Source of the DNA: Octopus vulgaris | Taxonomy: Eukaryota | Direction of reading: 5' to 3' | Length of the DNA stretch: 64,000 nt | NCBI GenBank assembly: GCA_951406725.2 | Contig: OX597816.1 | Coordinates: 175,708,001 to 175,772,000, forward strand | In this document: piece after piece, positions 1 to 13,642 of the stretch | Layout: each line of letters begins with the position of its first letter | How positions within the stretch are numbered: the first letter of the stretch is position 1 | Made by a program: the position numbers and the translations under genes | The notes under the pieces: model-generated | Told to the model about the DNA's origin: nothing | Database searches by the model: none | Seen by the model: the letters and a program-made list of their open reading frames with translations, nothing else

Positions 1-513
1 TAAAACTTCTTAAAATATCTTAAATAGAAAATGTTTACTTAGCTTTCAAAAACTGTGTCATTAACTAATTTTTGAAAACAAAAACCAAATATATATATAT
101 ATATTATATTATATTATATTATATTATATTAATTATATATATTATTTGTTATTTATGTATTGGTTTATGTCTATCACTGTTTGAGTTGCATAATAGTGGT
201 TTTATCTCTAACACTGTTTTGTTCTATATTATTATGTTTGACCTTAAAGTTTCTTATGTGGTGGTTTAATAAAGTATGTGATTGGGTATTATCTGGTAAT
301 TGATATTTGATTTGGATGTATTTCTCCATTTTCTTATTTTGTATTATGAATTTGTGGTAAAACATTTTACCTTTGCCCATATAATACAGTAAATGAATTA
401 ATTGCATCGCAATTCTTAACATTTATGTATTAACTTTGTTGGGTACTTCTCTAGCAGTATATTGGATATATGTTATCCCATGGAGGGTTGCATTTACAAC
501 CCCTATCTCAATT

Positions 514-556
<43 letters not shown>

Positions 557-983
557 CAATTAAGTAATGCAATCAACTCACTGTTGCTTTGTTCAAAACA
601 GTGAAACATGTTGGTGATGACAGATATGTTGCATTCAGTAACACTGCTTAGTGTGCCACTCTCACCCTTTTTCACAAGATCATTGGTATTCTTTTCAATC
701 TCTCCCCATCTTTCAGTGATGTACTTTTTTTCCAGTTGACTGAATCCATAATGAAAATTTTACAGCAAAAACAAACTTTTCCAACTGGAGGCCAAATTTA
801 TATTGAAAAGTTCACCAAGAAACAAAGGGCTTTATACAAAAAGGAACTAACCAGCAGTTAGTGAATCACTTCTTTTCCACAATTATAGAAGTATTGAACA
901 GAAAAACAGTTACTATGAAGGTGACTGTTTGTAAACAAACTTTGGGGAGACAAAGTTAAGTGTAGCTTGCAAGAATGCCAACC

Positions 984-1312
984 ATAATAATAATAATAAT
1001 AATAATAATAACAGTGACGATGATGATGATGATAATGATGAAAAAGGATAAAAAACTGCTATATGCACAGTAAGTACATAGATTAATTATGTATATATCC
1101 AACTGTTTATGCATACATGAAATACACATGAAATATTTATAAACTGTGTAAACAATGTTTACCTGACATGCACAAAAACATGCTCCACAAATGAAGAAAC
1201 AAAACAATACCAAGTGACATTCCACAAACAAACACAAAGAGTAAGTAATCATCGTCATCAACAACAACAACAACAACAACAGCAACAGCAACAACAACAA
1301 CAACAACAACAA
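984..1312. repeat. Trinucleotide microsatellites (AAT)n/(GAT)n at ~984-1040 and (CAA)n at ~1258-1312
   Basis: Directly visible; they explain the poly-L/V/I ORFs in the track. Confidence 0.95.
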
Positions 1313-1339
1313 TCAAGCTAAATGCCAGAAACAAAACTG

Positions 1340-2920
1340 AGGCTGTCAACACATTTACCATGCTTGTAGTCCCACACAACTTCAATATTATGAACTGACC
1401 CTTCTCTGAGATCAGCAAACTTGATGTCAAACTATGAAAGCTGACAACAGTTCACCACATGCATCATTGAAAAGCAGACACAGATTGCATATACCTCTCC
1501 CCCCCAAAAAAGGTGGTGGTCAGGGGTTAATAAACTCTCAACTCTCATAGAAAATTGCAACCATGGGACTTTCCAGCTTACCCACATCAAGCAAACAAGA
1601 TGTTAAAGCTGTTTTTCAAACATGAAGATACCCAAAAGTTGCATTCAGTGATGAAAACTGCAAAAATATACCTCAAAAAAAAAAAAAAAAAAAAAAATAT
1701 GCAACTGGATGAAGCAGGACCTGACAAAAATGCATCCTCAACTGACAAGGCTAAACAAATAAAAAAAACCTTGCCTAACAAACCAGCTTCCAATATATTA
1801 GGTGGTCCCAAAAGTTCGTAAACACTTGCGAAAATTGAATTTTTACTTGCCAAGTACTAACAAAAACAACAAAAATTATTCCTCAAAATAAAGACCAATA
1901 TTTTCCAAGACTTTCTATGAACTTTTGGGACAACCTTATATTAAGGAAAAATGGGAGTAAAGACTACTGCATTATAAATACCTAACTAGGATCAGGGACC
2001 CTAATGTAGATCAAGCCCTTACTCATCAGTGGTTGTCATGCTCTGGTTTTAAACTAGAAACTGAGGGGTATAACATTGCTGCTCAGGACAGCCCCTTCCA
2101 AATAGGAATTACCTAAGTAATGTCCTGAAATATGAAAGCAGCTCATCATGCCACATGTGCAGAGAGCAGCCACAGACAATTCACCATATAATCTGCAGAT
2201 GCAGCAGACTGGCACCAACAGAACACTTGTAAAGGCATGACAGAGCAGTTCAGTACACTGCACATACAACCTCCCTCACAAAAACGATTGGTGAGTACAG
2301 AAACCACTACAAGTTGCCCAGAATTCCAAAGCAATTTTAATGTTTCGATTGATAGGGAAATACAGGTAATCGAACTTGATCTCATTGTGAAAAATCATCT
2401 TGAAAAGAACTGTCTTCTGACTTATGTTACAGTCCCAGCTGTTAAAAACACATCTCAGAAAATGTTTGCAAAACTGAGCAAATATAAGGACTTGGAAATT
2501 GAAATTGGATAGTGTGGCATCTCAAAACAACCTATTAATTCTCACACTTGATATGTCTTTGTATTGTTCCCTTCATCCCTTGCCCTGGTGGCAAATAAAA
2601 GAAATCATTATTATTGGGACACTTAGAATGATACCAAGAGGAGCAAACAAATATATAGACCAAATCCCTGACAGCTCCAAAATAAGCAAATTACTAAAGA
2701 CCATACTTATGGGTACCTCATGTATGCAACATTCCTTTTTATGTGAATGCAGCTTTACACACTCTGTTTTTTTTCTCTCTCATAAACACCAGTGTTATCA
2801 AGTGCATGGGGCCTAACCTTTTAGCATCTTTGGATGCAAAACCTTGTTGTCCCTTGATGTCTCTAGTTGCGACTTAGGTACAACTCCTATAAAATTAAAG
2901 CCAAATCAAAACATAACATA
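1340..2920 (+). mobile_element. Decayed R4/Dong-type non-LTR retrotransposon (restriction-like endonuclease end)
   Basis: ORF 2237-2512 reads IDREIQVIELDLIVKNHLEKNCLLTYVTVP...KLSKYKDLEIEI, a decayed RPD..D..K..KY RLE motif. IIIGTLRMI...ILMGT follows in the next frame. Confidence 0.7.
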
Positions 2921-2934
2921 CTAATAATTCTTTC

Positions 2935-3320
2935 TAATTTGGGCACAAGGCCAGCAATATTAAAGGGAGAAGACAACTCATTTACACTGATCCCAGTATT
3001 TGACTGGTACTTTTAGTGCAATCTGAATGCAGAATGTAAAGAATGAGATGAATTCTGTCTGACACATTAATAATTTTGCCACCTTGCTAGTCTAATCATA
3101 ATAGTTTCAAATTTTGGCACCAGACCAGCAATTTTTAAGGGAGGGGGTTAGTCAATTACATTAAGCCCCTCCCCAGTGCTTGACTGGTACTTATTATATT
3201 GACTCTGAATGGATAAGCGGTAAAGTCAACATTGGTGGAATTTGAACTCAGAACAAAAGGGCTGGAAGAAATGCAGCTAAGCATATTGTTTGACGATTAT
3301 ACCAGCTCATCCCTTTAACA
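2935..3320 (-). mobile_element. Two degenerate tRNA-SINE copies with a Meta-domain-like core
   Basis: ggcacaaggccagcaat...cccagt..ttgactggtactt...aaagtcaac..ggaatttgaactcagaa. The same family recurs at 22915, 45925, 46260 and 56600. Confidence 0.65.
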
Positions 3321-3564
3321 ATAGTGACTACTACTATGCAGCCCTTATTCTTTCGAGAGACAACATCCATACCATTTCCAAGGGCATTAGCAACTGAAAT
3401 GAAGTAAAATAGTTTCAATTAGGAACTGAAATTATGTTATAGAATTTTCTTGCAGTTACCTTTTCATTTGCTTAACAATCACAACAGTGGTGATGACAAC
3501 TAATATTAGCAGAAAGTAAGGCCACACATTTATATGAATAGTCGAATAATTCTCCTTTAGTGGT

Positions 3565-3740
3565 GACATACAATACAGTGGTAATATATAGTATGGTGTC
3601 AGTAATGATACACAGTACATGTCATTCAGTAATAACATACTGTATAGTGTCAGTTGTGATATACTGAACAGTGTTAGTAATATTATACAATACAGTGTCA
3701 ACTGTAATATATTTAGCTGAGTCCAATAGTAGAGCATATA
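3565..3740. repeat. Degenerate ~23-24 bp minisatellite
   Basis: Repeated variants of atacaatacagtgtcagtaatgat. Confidence 0.6.
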
Positions 3741-4399
3741 AAATATAGTAACACTCAGAAGGAATTCTATCATCTATGGAAAGTAAAAGGCAGAGTCTGT
3801 TAAATTACCTTTGGTATGATCAGAACTGAGTACGTGTACTAGGTCAATTAAAAGAAATAATATAGTTGTAGTTTATTAACCAACTTTTCAGATTGGTCAG
3901 ACCAAAGCTGAAAGAATATTGCTCATATGACAGAATGAGTGCAGAGATAGAGAAATTACATCAACTTATGTCATTATGAATAAAAGGTAGTAATGAAGGC
4001 AAAGAAAGATACAGCATTGTTAACGAAGGAACAAATGAACAAACACTTCATATCTTTGCAAACATACTTAACATATTTAAACAAAAAAATCTAATTTAGC
4101 CAAGCAAAAGTTTTAATTTTTAAAAAATGTGAAGACAATCAATGGCAATACAATAAAAGTAAAATTTTTAGAAATCTAAACTGTTCAATAAGATTTTAAT
4201 ACAATTATAATTTTTTAAGTAATTTACTATAATTTTTGAGACAACCAATTTTACCATATTTACATATTCACATCATGATTGTGGATCAATTCAAATGAAA
4301 ACGCAGTGTAGATAAAAATATTAAAGGTTTTTATTCCTAAAGATGTGTTAATATCTTTATGTACCAAGAAGTCTTTTCATTTTGGTGGTCCAATGATAT

Positions 4400-5640
4400 G
4401 GAGAAAGCCTAAAAATTGGTTATGACTGCTACTTTTGCTCATGTAAGGTTAGGAACACAATTCAAAGAGTGGGAAAAACATTGCTTATTCACATCTCTCA
4501 TCTGCATCACGATCTGTTGTCCATGGACCAGACATTCTAAATCCTTCACCACCAGGAAACCTTGAAAACATAACTTGAGTTCTGAGTCACATGGCATAAA
4601 TAACAATGATGATGCAGTAATCATGAAGGAAACATGAAAATTTGGTGTCACTCTTACACAAGATTAAATTCAAAGATCATAACATGAAGAAGATTTGCAG
4701 CAACTTGAAAATAATATTGCATGTTGCTTGGACAACAATCAGGCTACACAGAGTTTTCTTGATTCTTGTGTGAATGGCACAATAGCATCAAGAACTGCCA
4801 TTGGTCAAAAAAAAACCCCCCAAAAACCGAAGCAATTTGTAAAAGCTTTGCCACAGGATGGAAAGGGCTTCATATATTTGTGTAACAACTTTCCTGCTCT
4901 ATCCAAGGTTGAAGAGGGTGTTTATATAGGACGAAATATAAGGAAATTTGTCAAGGATGAAAATTCTGAAACTCTCCTAGTGATTCTGAAAAAGATGCAG
5001 GGATTAGTTTAAAGATATGATGAAGAACTTCGCAAGGAACCAAATTACAAAGACATAGTGGGAAGAATACTGGAAAATTTCTGGGTTTTAGGCTGTAAAA
5101 TTAGCATTGAATTTCATTTCCTACATACCCATTTGGTTTTCTTTCTGGAAAATCTGGGAGATGTGAAAGAGGAACAGGGGATAAGGTTTCATCAAGGCAT
5201 AGAGATGGAAAGATATCAGGGAAGAAGGAATGTCAATATGATGGCCAACAACTGCTGGATGATGCATCGTGAATGCCCATCAAATGCTCATAAGTAAAAG
5301 AGTTCCAGATGTAATTTTCAAATGAAAAATAGAGATTTTGAGGTGCTGAATGCAAAAAAATGAATGGAACCTTGGCAAAAATCTATTTTCTCACCATTAA
5401 CTTGCATTTGTGCCATTTCATTTTGCTAAAGAAAGTACCAAATTCAATTTTATTTATTTCATTTTGTCCTACCATGTGTGGTTTTTGCCTACAAATGATG
5501 GTGTATTTTAAAGTGTGAGAAAACCTTAGGTTATGGGAAAGAGCTCTTTTGATATTTTGAATTAGCACCACAAAAAAATATAAAGTAACATAATTATCCA
5601 AACAATTTTCAAACTGTTTCATTTCACAAGACCTGTGTAA
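4400..5640 (+). mobile_element. Decayed CMC/Chapaev-3-type DNA transposon
   Basis: ORFs 4695-5012 (KQFVKAL...FPALSK..EGVYIG..IRK) and 5058-5297 (GCKISIEFHFLHTHL.FF.ENLGDV.EEQG.RFHQ..MERYQG..N.NMMA..CW) carry the characteristic C-terminal motifs. Confidence 0.75.
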
Positions 5641-5649
5641 GCTAACTTG

Positions 5650-7075
5650 TCAAAAGACTTCTTTCTTATGTCATCACTACTTCTACTTAGCAAATGATTT
5701 CAATTTGAAATTACACAGCAAATGCTGAAGTCTCACTAAGTCTAGAGATGATGGCTTTTGCAAAGAAGATGGGAACTGTGTCAGTTGCAGCATATTGCTG
5801 GTATTTAACTGATTCTTGGATGAAATTTTTCATCGACTGATATGTAGATTCTCATCATTTTGCCTGTTTTTCTTTCTGTTGGATAGGATTTCTTCAGCAA
5901 GATTTTGCACAGATTTGTTGGGTCCTTTGTCATTTTCTTTCTAAGATTCACTCTTCATCACTTCTTCCTTTGTCTGTCTTCCTTTTTAGCAAGTTCCTTC
6001 CACTTTGGTTGCTTAGCACCTCTCTACACAACTATCCTTCTTAAGCATCCTATGTTTGTATTAGTACAAGTTTCTTCTTGCACACTAAAGCTGGTCCCTC
6101 ATATGCTCAGTTTTTCTCTTGCTTCATTTCTTTCCAGTTTTTGCACATCCCTGACATGCAAGGCCCAGGTTTTGCTATCATGCTGCAATATCATATTTCA
6201 TAAACAAGATCATTAAGTCTGCTCTTCAATCAAATACAATTTTTTTTAACATGCAGAGTAACAAAGTTTTTGGAACTTACCTTCACTACTAATTAGGTCA
6301 CCTAGAAGCCATTGGCTACTCCCAGGGAGCATTACAGGCATTTGGAAAAGTATATTTCATAGAAGTTCCTGCTAATAACTTTCGGTCAACTGCTACACAC
6401 AAAGACCCCACAGCATCCCTTGTATGCCTGGTATAGTTTACATTGGATATACAGTGTTGAATTCTTGCCTGCAACATTTCTGCACACTGAGCAACTTCTC
6501 TTGTAGAGTTTTGAAGTTTTGCATTCTTTTTTACTAACTAAAATTTTAGTCTTTTCCACATTTATGTTAAACATAAATCTGGCAAAGATCTCTTGATTCT
6601 AAGCTCTGATTCTATGTTAGAAACTTTTCTATAAGCCTTTGATGAACAAGGTTGTTCTCATGGGCAGCTAAATTTGAACTCTTTTAGAATGGCCAAGAGG
6701 ACTACAATACATAATTGGGAATTCAGAACAGATTCCTGATGGACAGCTACCTGTGCTCCAAATTCCTTACTGCTAACTCTCACAAGCCATTTGTCTACAC
6801 CTAGTTTTCTTAACGATGACTAAACACAGAGCAGAGAACTCTGTTGAAGATCTCCAAATACACAAATGTTTAGTACAGAGGTTTGCTCTTGGTTAAACAT
6901 CTTTTACAGTTGCCTCATCAGCAAGAGAGTATTGAAGGTGCCTGATCTTGACACAGATAAACTGCATCTTAGCTAAGTTAATTTCCTTCTCAATTACATG
7001 TACGATAACTCTTTCTGTAAGCTTCATAGTTCAGTCCATCAGTTTCATGTCTTTCCTATTACTGAAACAGGATCA
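5650..7075 (-). mobile_element. Highly decayed RTE-type LINE RT fragment
   Basis: ORF 6386-6574 (INVEKTKILVS...CSVCR..GKNS..C..C..HK.C) is similar to the better RTE copies at 11300 and 37360. Confidence 0.6.
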
Positions 7076-7674
7076 GAAAGGTTTTGGTGGGAGGGAATGA
7101 TTGACAGGATTCTAGTATATAACCAAGAAGAATGGAAACAAAATTGACTTCAATGAAACATGAGCTCAAAATGTTAAATGTTTCTAAATAACACAAGGAA
7201 TTTGTTTAATCCAGTATAACACCTTTCTGCTGATGAGAAAGAGGCACAAAACCATGAATTGCGAGGGCAATTTAACAAACTGGGGAACAAAAAGTTATAT
7301 CTGAAGTCAGAATATAAAGGAATGGAAAAACTATTTTAAGTTAAAAAAAGCATTATAGTTCACTTGAAGCTTTACAATAAACAAAGAAAACAAATGAAAT
7401 AAGGAGTGCTTCTAACAATGCAGAGGAGAAAGCAGAAAAAAAATCTCCATATATTTCAGGCACAAAAAAGCTTATCAGTTACGGTTAAGAAATTTGAGTC
7501 TTTGTAGTTCCTGACATTTGGATAGATGAACAGGCAATGACTCTGTTTAGTCCAGTGAGTGTGGTTAACATCAGCAGTTCCCCAAAAGATGGTATTGTTG
7601 GTACCCTAGAAATCACATTGGGGACAGTGGTGGATGGCAGTAGTGGTAGTGAAAGTGATTGTTTACATTAGTGT

Positions 7675-8063
7675 TACTCTTTTACTTGTTTCAGTCAGTT
7701 GACTGCGGCCATGCTGGAGCACCGCCTTTAATCGAGCAACTCTACCCCGGGACATATTCTTTTGTAAGCCCAGTACTTATTCTATCGGTGTCATTTGCCG
7801 AACCGCTAAGTGACGGGGACATAAACACACCAGCATCGGTTGTCAAGCAATGCTAGGGAGACAAACACACAGGCACATATATATATATATACATAAATAC
7901 GATGGGCTTCTTTCAGTTTCCGTCTACCAAATCCACTCACAAGGCATTGGTCGGCCCGAGGCTATAGCAGAAGACACTTGCCCAAGATGCCACGCAGTGG
8001 GACTGAACCCGGAACCATGTGGTTGGTTAGCAAGCTACTTACCACACAGCCACTCCTGTGCCT
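7675..8063 (-). mobile_element. tRNA-derived CORE-like SINE, full length
   Basis: A-box tggctgtgtgg, B-box ggttcagtccc, CORE-like cttgggcaagtg and a (taaaagag) tail. Near-identical to 29602-29997 and 51409-51813. Confidence 0.85.
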
Positions 8064-8326
8064 ATGTGTTGTTAGCAATGGTGGTAAACGCTGTGGTAAT
8101 AGTTTGGGGTACATGTCCTTCTGATAGTCAGTGACAAGGTGGTGGCAGCAAATATGATGCTGGTAACTAACAGTGACAATCACTGTTGAAGTGATGATGA
8201 TGTTCATCATAGCAGCAGCAATTATGGGGACAAATGGAAATACATAGGAGGCACCAACCCAACCCTGATTGACTATTGACCCTCAAGTTGATTGAATCAC
8301 ACTATTGTAGCCATCACATGTGAAAT

Positions 8327-8713
8327 GGATGGAAGCACTCCGTCGGTTACGACGACGAGGGTTCCGGTTGATCCGAATCAACGGAACAGCCTGCTCGTGA
8401 AATTAACCTGTAAGTGGCTGAGCACTCCACAGACACGTGTACCCTTAACGTAGTTCTCGGGGATATTCAGCATGACACAGAGAGCGACAAGGCCGGCCCC
8501 TTGAAATACAGGTACAACAGAAACAGGAAGTAAGAGTGAGAGAAAGTTGTGGTAAAAGAGTACAGCAGGGATCACCACCATCCCCTGCCGGAGCCTCGTG
8601 GAGCTTTAGGTGTTTTCGCTCAATAAACACTCACAACGCCCGGTCTGGGAATCGAAACCGCGATCCTATGACCGCGAGTCCGCTGCCCTGACCACTGGGC
8701 CATTGCGCCTCCA
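8327..8713 (-). mobile_element. Young tRNA-derived SINE (octopus OK-like) with 12-bp target-site duplication
   Basis: Head GGAGGCGCAATGGCCCAGTGGTCAGGGCAGCGGACTCGCGG...GGTTTCGATTCCC. TSD cacatgtgaaat at 8315-8326 and 8714-8725. Confidence 0.88.
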
Positions 8714-9392
8714 CACATGTGAAATACTGTACCAGATACAGTGGTCCGAATGTAGCGACCACCATACCAGGTATAGTGTTCAAAATGTGGCAACTGCTAT
8801 ATCGGTATTACCGTCTGACTGTTCCACATCCAACTGAAAGAACACCTGACTAAAAATATGTCTTCCTTCTGCAAACACAAGCTTAAATGCAGCAACACCG
8901 CCAAAGAGATGACTATAGGAAATCTCCATTATCAAAGAATCCTTGCTGATCCACTGGCTTAACCTGATGATCAACCATTGATTGGAGTTGGGCCAGTGGC
9001 TCTTAATAAATTACCAATTGTTCCTGACATCGCCACTGCTATGACCAACATAATCACCACTGTGACAGCGGTTGGTACTGTTGCCTACCAACACCATGTT
9101 CATCACCCCCTCCACAGCCTGCCACAACAGGGATTGCCGTTGTTACCAGTTACCATCTTGTCACCTACTACTACAGCATTTATCACCATCTTTAACATTA
9201 ATGTAGACAATCACCTTCACCACCACTGCTGCCAATGTACAGTGAGACCCCTGCCCCATGACCTCTACAGCACCAACAGCATCATCATTTGGGGAATTGC
9301 TACTACTATCACATTCACTGGACTAAACAGAACCATTGCCCATTTGCCTATCCAAAATAGCAGGATCTACATAGACTCATTTTTTTTAACCG

Positions 9393-9437
9393 AATCCTTC
9401 TGAAGATGGGCTTTTTTGCCTGAAATATATAAAGATT
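9393..9437 (+). ncRNA. Minimal type I hammerhead-ribozyme motif in a Penelope pLTR
   Basis: AATCCTT-CTGAAGA-T-GGGC(TTTTTT)GCCT-GAAA-TAT-ATA-AAGATT: helix I, helix II and a palindromic helix III are all present. Confidence 0.6.
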
Positions 9438-10019
9438 TTTCAACTTTCCTCTCTGCATTGTTAGAAACTTTCCTCATTTCCTTTTTCATTCTTCTTCTTT
9501 CAGTAAGGAACTTATAATGAATGAAGATTAAAGTAACAGCTTGAAAAAATATCCAGAGATTGCTAATCTTTAAGAATGCAAATAGTTAGGAATCAGGCTC
9601 TGCTGGGTGCAGCCAGTATAATATATAAAAAATTCTTGCAACTAATCTCAAGCTGAGATTATCTTGGTGTGCATATACCAAGTTTTTCTGAGAATCTATT
9701 TGATTACTTATGAAACAGAAAACAAACATCAATAACACTAACAATTTATGGGTTCCCTCAATCAGAGCTGACCTTTGGCTGAATAACAGCAACACTAAAT
9801 CTATTCATAGAGTACACAAAAAACTGGTTTGTCAACTAATACATTCTAATACATTATTATTATTATCCTAGTTTTCCAGAAACAATAAAGTGATGACCAA
9901 CTTTTCATCACAAGAACAAGTTGAGAGAAGAAGTTTAAAAGGCAATTAATTTATTCCTGACACCACACAGAAAAAAATCACAAAAAGAAAATCTAACACA
10001 ATAGCAAGGACTAAAATCA

Positions 10020-10620
10020 AAATGTCTAAGATTTATAAAGTATATTCCAGAAGTTTTGAAACTCTGATCTCCTTCAAAGTAGTATCCTCTAACTTCAGTG
10101 CACTTGTGATGCTGTAGCCACCGTGTGAAGGACTGATGGAAGTCCTCCAAAGCAAAGGTGTCCAGGACCCTTGTCATAGCCTCCTCATCCTTAGGAGGAA
10201 CTAAAAGTCATAGGGAGCAAGGTCTGGAGGGAAGGTGATGGACAGTTTCGGTGCCCATCTCTGTCAAGTGGTTAGTTATCAGGATTGAACTGTTGACTGG
10301 TGCATTGCCCTGTTGCAGGTTCTCTGGGCTTTTACAATAAAATCTCTTTCAGAACTCCCTCAAATCCTCCTCAAAGTACTCTTTGTTGACCACCTGGCCA
10401 GAGGGAACTCAGTGGATGTAGATGATGGCCTTGCTGTGGAAAAAAAGGAAGTAACACGAGTTCCCTGATGGACCTTGCTTTGCATGGCCTCTTGTACTGA
10501 TGAAAAACTGATGTTTGGCTCATTTCATAAGTTTCTGCAGCATTTTTGCACAGTTTAACACAAAACTTTATTGCATTGAGAGCTTCCAAATTGTCAGTTG
10601 AGAGATCAGCTTATTAGATG
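10020..10620 (-). mobile_element. Internally deleted, decayed mariner transposase remnant
   Basis: N-terminal AIKFCVKLCKNAAETYEM and C-terminal EDFHQSFTRWLQHHKCTEVRGYYFEGD motifs. Confidence 0.75.
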
Positions 10621-11096
10621 TATAGTAATAATATATTGCTTTTAGCCCCAGGCGATCAACGTCACCAGATGGACTTTAGACACAACATTTCAGTGCCCTT
10701 GTGTTATTTGCAAAGGGAGGTCATCCTCCCTCGAAAACCTAAGTGCTACATACGGACTATAGTTTCAAGGTAATTGCCTCTCGTCAACGCATGGTAAACA
10801 CCGGTTTTCGATGAAGGAGACCTTCTGCAAATAATATTTAACGTTTTTCACAGCAACCACAGTCACTGATTTAGAAAAACTGTCTGAAAACATTAATAAA
10901 TTACAATAATCTAAGACAATTATAACTTCCTCTCTTAAAAAAGTATCAAAATATCTGGAAAGGAACTCATATCTCTTATGAGGTTTGGCTCATAGATTTT
11001 ATTCATAAAAACATTTGTAAACAACTTAAGCAGTTGAGCCAATAATTAAACCCTAAAGGAATTTATATTATTCAGAATTGCTCAGGTGTTCAGGAT

Positions 11097-11297
11097 TGTG
11101 TTTGTCCCCCTAGCATTGCTTGACAACCGATGCTGGTGTGTTTACGTCCCCGTCACTTAGCGGTTCGGCAAAAGAGACTGATAGAATAAGTAATGGGCTT
11201 ACAAAGAATAAGTCCCGGGGTCGATTTGCTCAACTAAAGGCGGTGCTCCAGCATGGCCGCAGTCAAATGACTGAAACAAGTAAAAGAGTAAAGAGAG
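11097..11297 (+). mobile_element. 3' half of the CORE-like SINE
   Basis: Matches ~29803-29990 closely. Confidence 0.85.
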
Positions 11298-11299
11298 TT

Positions 11300-13586
11300 A
11301 TAGCTTAATTGATTAGGAATAGAATTAAACTTGATGAGATGGAGTTTGGTTTGGTACCCAGAAACAATAGTACCACAAACGCCATCTTCCTAGTGAGACA
11401 GCTGCAGGAAAAGTATTTGGTCAAAAGTAAGCCATTGTACTTAGCTTCTGTTGACCTGGAGAAAGCTTTTAATAGAGACCTCCACTCTGTTATCTGGTGG
11501 TCTCAAAAGAAGTTAGGAGTGGAGGAGTGGCTTGTTAGAGCTGTACAAGCTATGTTCAGTGGTGCTGTCAGTAAGGTGAGAGTCAGCCATGAATACAGTG
11601 ATGAATTTAGTTTTAGTATACAAGTAGGGGTTCTCAGCCCACTCTTATTCATCATAATCCTCCAGGTCAGAACATAGGAATTCAGAACTGGATGCCAATG
11701 GGAACTACAATATGCTGACGACCTTGGTCTTATTGCAGAATCTGAAGCAGAATTGGAGAAGAAATTCCACGTGCGGAAGCAAAACCTGGAATCAAAGGGC
11801 CCTAAAGTTAATCTAGCAAAGACTAAAGTTGTTAGCAAGAAAGAAGATAACACTCTCTTTCCGTTCTCAATATGGAAGGACTCAGAGATAATTCTATTTG
11901 CTGCACCCAGTATAAGCTATAGACACATAAGAGGTGTAATGGAATCACAGGTAGATTAATAAATAAAGTCGTCTTTATATGTGGCAGATGTGCAGCAGGA
12001 ACAATAAGCACTAAGGACACACAGGACTTAGACTCTCTCAAATGCCCAGGAGGCTCTCTTGAGGTTGTAGATAGTTTCACTTACCTAGGTGGCCAAATTA
12101 GCAATGGTGGAGGATGTTTTGAAAGTATTGTTTCCTGAATAAGAATAGGATGGAGGGAGTTTAGAGAGCTATTACCTGAGTTGGGAACAAAAGGACTCTC
12201 TCTCAGAGTGAAATGTAGATGGTATGATGCCTGTGTAGAAATGGTAGTGAGACATGGGTCCTGAATGCAGACGGCATGCATAGACTGGAGAGAAATGAAT
12301 GCAGCATGCTCTGTTGGATGTAAATGTGTTGAGAGAAAAGTTGGGCAGAAGAGGAATCAAATGCAGCACGCAAGAGAGAAGACTACATTGATTTGGACAT
12401 ATGACACATATGAATGAAGACAGTTGTATAAAGAAGTGCCAATCACTAAAAGTGGATGGTGTCTGTGGAAGAGGGAGACTCAGGAAAACATGAGATGAAG
12501 TGGTGAGGAGCAATCTCAGTTGTTGTGCCTCACAGAGGAAATAATGATGGACTGAGATGTCTGGCGATATGAGGTTCTTGAGAAGACCCACACCAGCAAA
12601 ACTGAGTTCTAAAAGTGCTGTGTGCTTCACTCACATGTAGCAATAAACCTCTCCACACAGCCTATCCCAACAAACCAAACTACATCTCTTCTCTTCCTCA
12701 CATTTCCTCTTTCATGCACTAAACTTGTCTTTCACCCACCAATCCTGCCCTCAAAGCCCTGTACACTGTATCATTGCTATCCTGTAGTCCCCCAACCCCT
12801 CTATATACCCAGATTTTCACCCGTCATTGCACTACTCTTGGCCCTTATGCTTCTTTGGCAATACCCTGTCACCTATATTATGGTTTCCATGCCTTGAGGG
12901 TATGCCCTGGCACTCACCACCATCTATCTCTCTATTCCTTTATCATCCCATTTATATTCTGATCCCTGTTCCAGTTAGTATATCCCAGCACTTCACGACC
13001 ATCTCTCTCTTGCACTCTTACGGTTTCCCACTCTCTCTCTCTCTCTCTCTCTCTTGATATTCCCTCAGGCTGGATAGCCATATATCTCCTTTATAGCAGC
13101 ACACCTGTTTCTATCCTCATTCATGGTCACTCTCTCTCTCTCTCTCTCTCTCTAGTCAGGTAACCATTGCTGCCTCTTTGTCTTTCTGTCACACTTGAAC
13201 CTTTCATCATGCAACACAAGATCACCTCCTCCAATTCTCCCTCTCCTCTCAAAGGACCTTTGCCTTGCAAGTTACTTGGTGACTCTGCCAGTGTTGGTGC
13301 CATGCAAAAATCATCCAGTCCACACTGTAAAGTGTTTGGCAATTGGAAGAGCATCTAGCTGTAAAAACCATGCCAAAAATGACCTCACCTGTGCTTGTGC
13401 CACATAAAAAGCACTCTGTCCACTCTGCTGGGTGGTTGGTATTAGGAAGGGCATCCAGCAGTAGAAACTCTGCCTAAACAGACACAGAAGTCTGGTGCAG
13501 ATTCCTTCCTGACCAGCACCTGTTAACCTGTCCAATCCATGCCAGCATGGAAGGCAAATCTTAAGCGATGATGATGAAGATGATAA
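11300..13586 (+). mobile_element. 5'-truncated RTE LINE (RT, 3' UTR, (GAT)n tail)
   Basis: AIFLVRQLQEKYL...VDLEKAF...VGVLSPLLF, WELQYADDL near 11699-11725, and a 3' end catgccagcatggaa...gatgatgat. Confidence 0.88.
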
Positions 13587-13642
13587 TTTAGAAATTTGAC
13601 AAGGAAACATGATAAGGATACAATGAATACAACAAGACCACA

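Larger units (their letters stand above)
7350..9520 (+). mobile_element. Penelope-like element remnant: GIY-YIG fragment plus pLTR, with an inverted pLTR copy upstream
   Basis: ~8766-8975 reads YQV*CSKCGNCYIGITV*LFHIQLKEHL...IKESLLIHWLNLMIN. The segment ~7350-8280 (excluding the SINE) is the reverse complement of ~8960-9520. Confidence 0.75.

Noticed and set aside
130-505. Possible Penelope RT-linker relic on the minus strand
   Set aside because: Only a vague resemblance, with no diagnostic motif.
7230-7270. CTGATGAG motif
   Set aside because: No helix II, and no correctly spaced GAAA or NUH downstream.
8978-9403. 141-aa Thr/His-rich ORF
   Set aside because: Lies in the low-complexity pLTR region of the Penelope relic; no domain similarity recognised.
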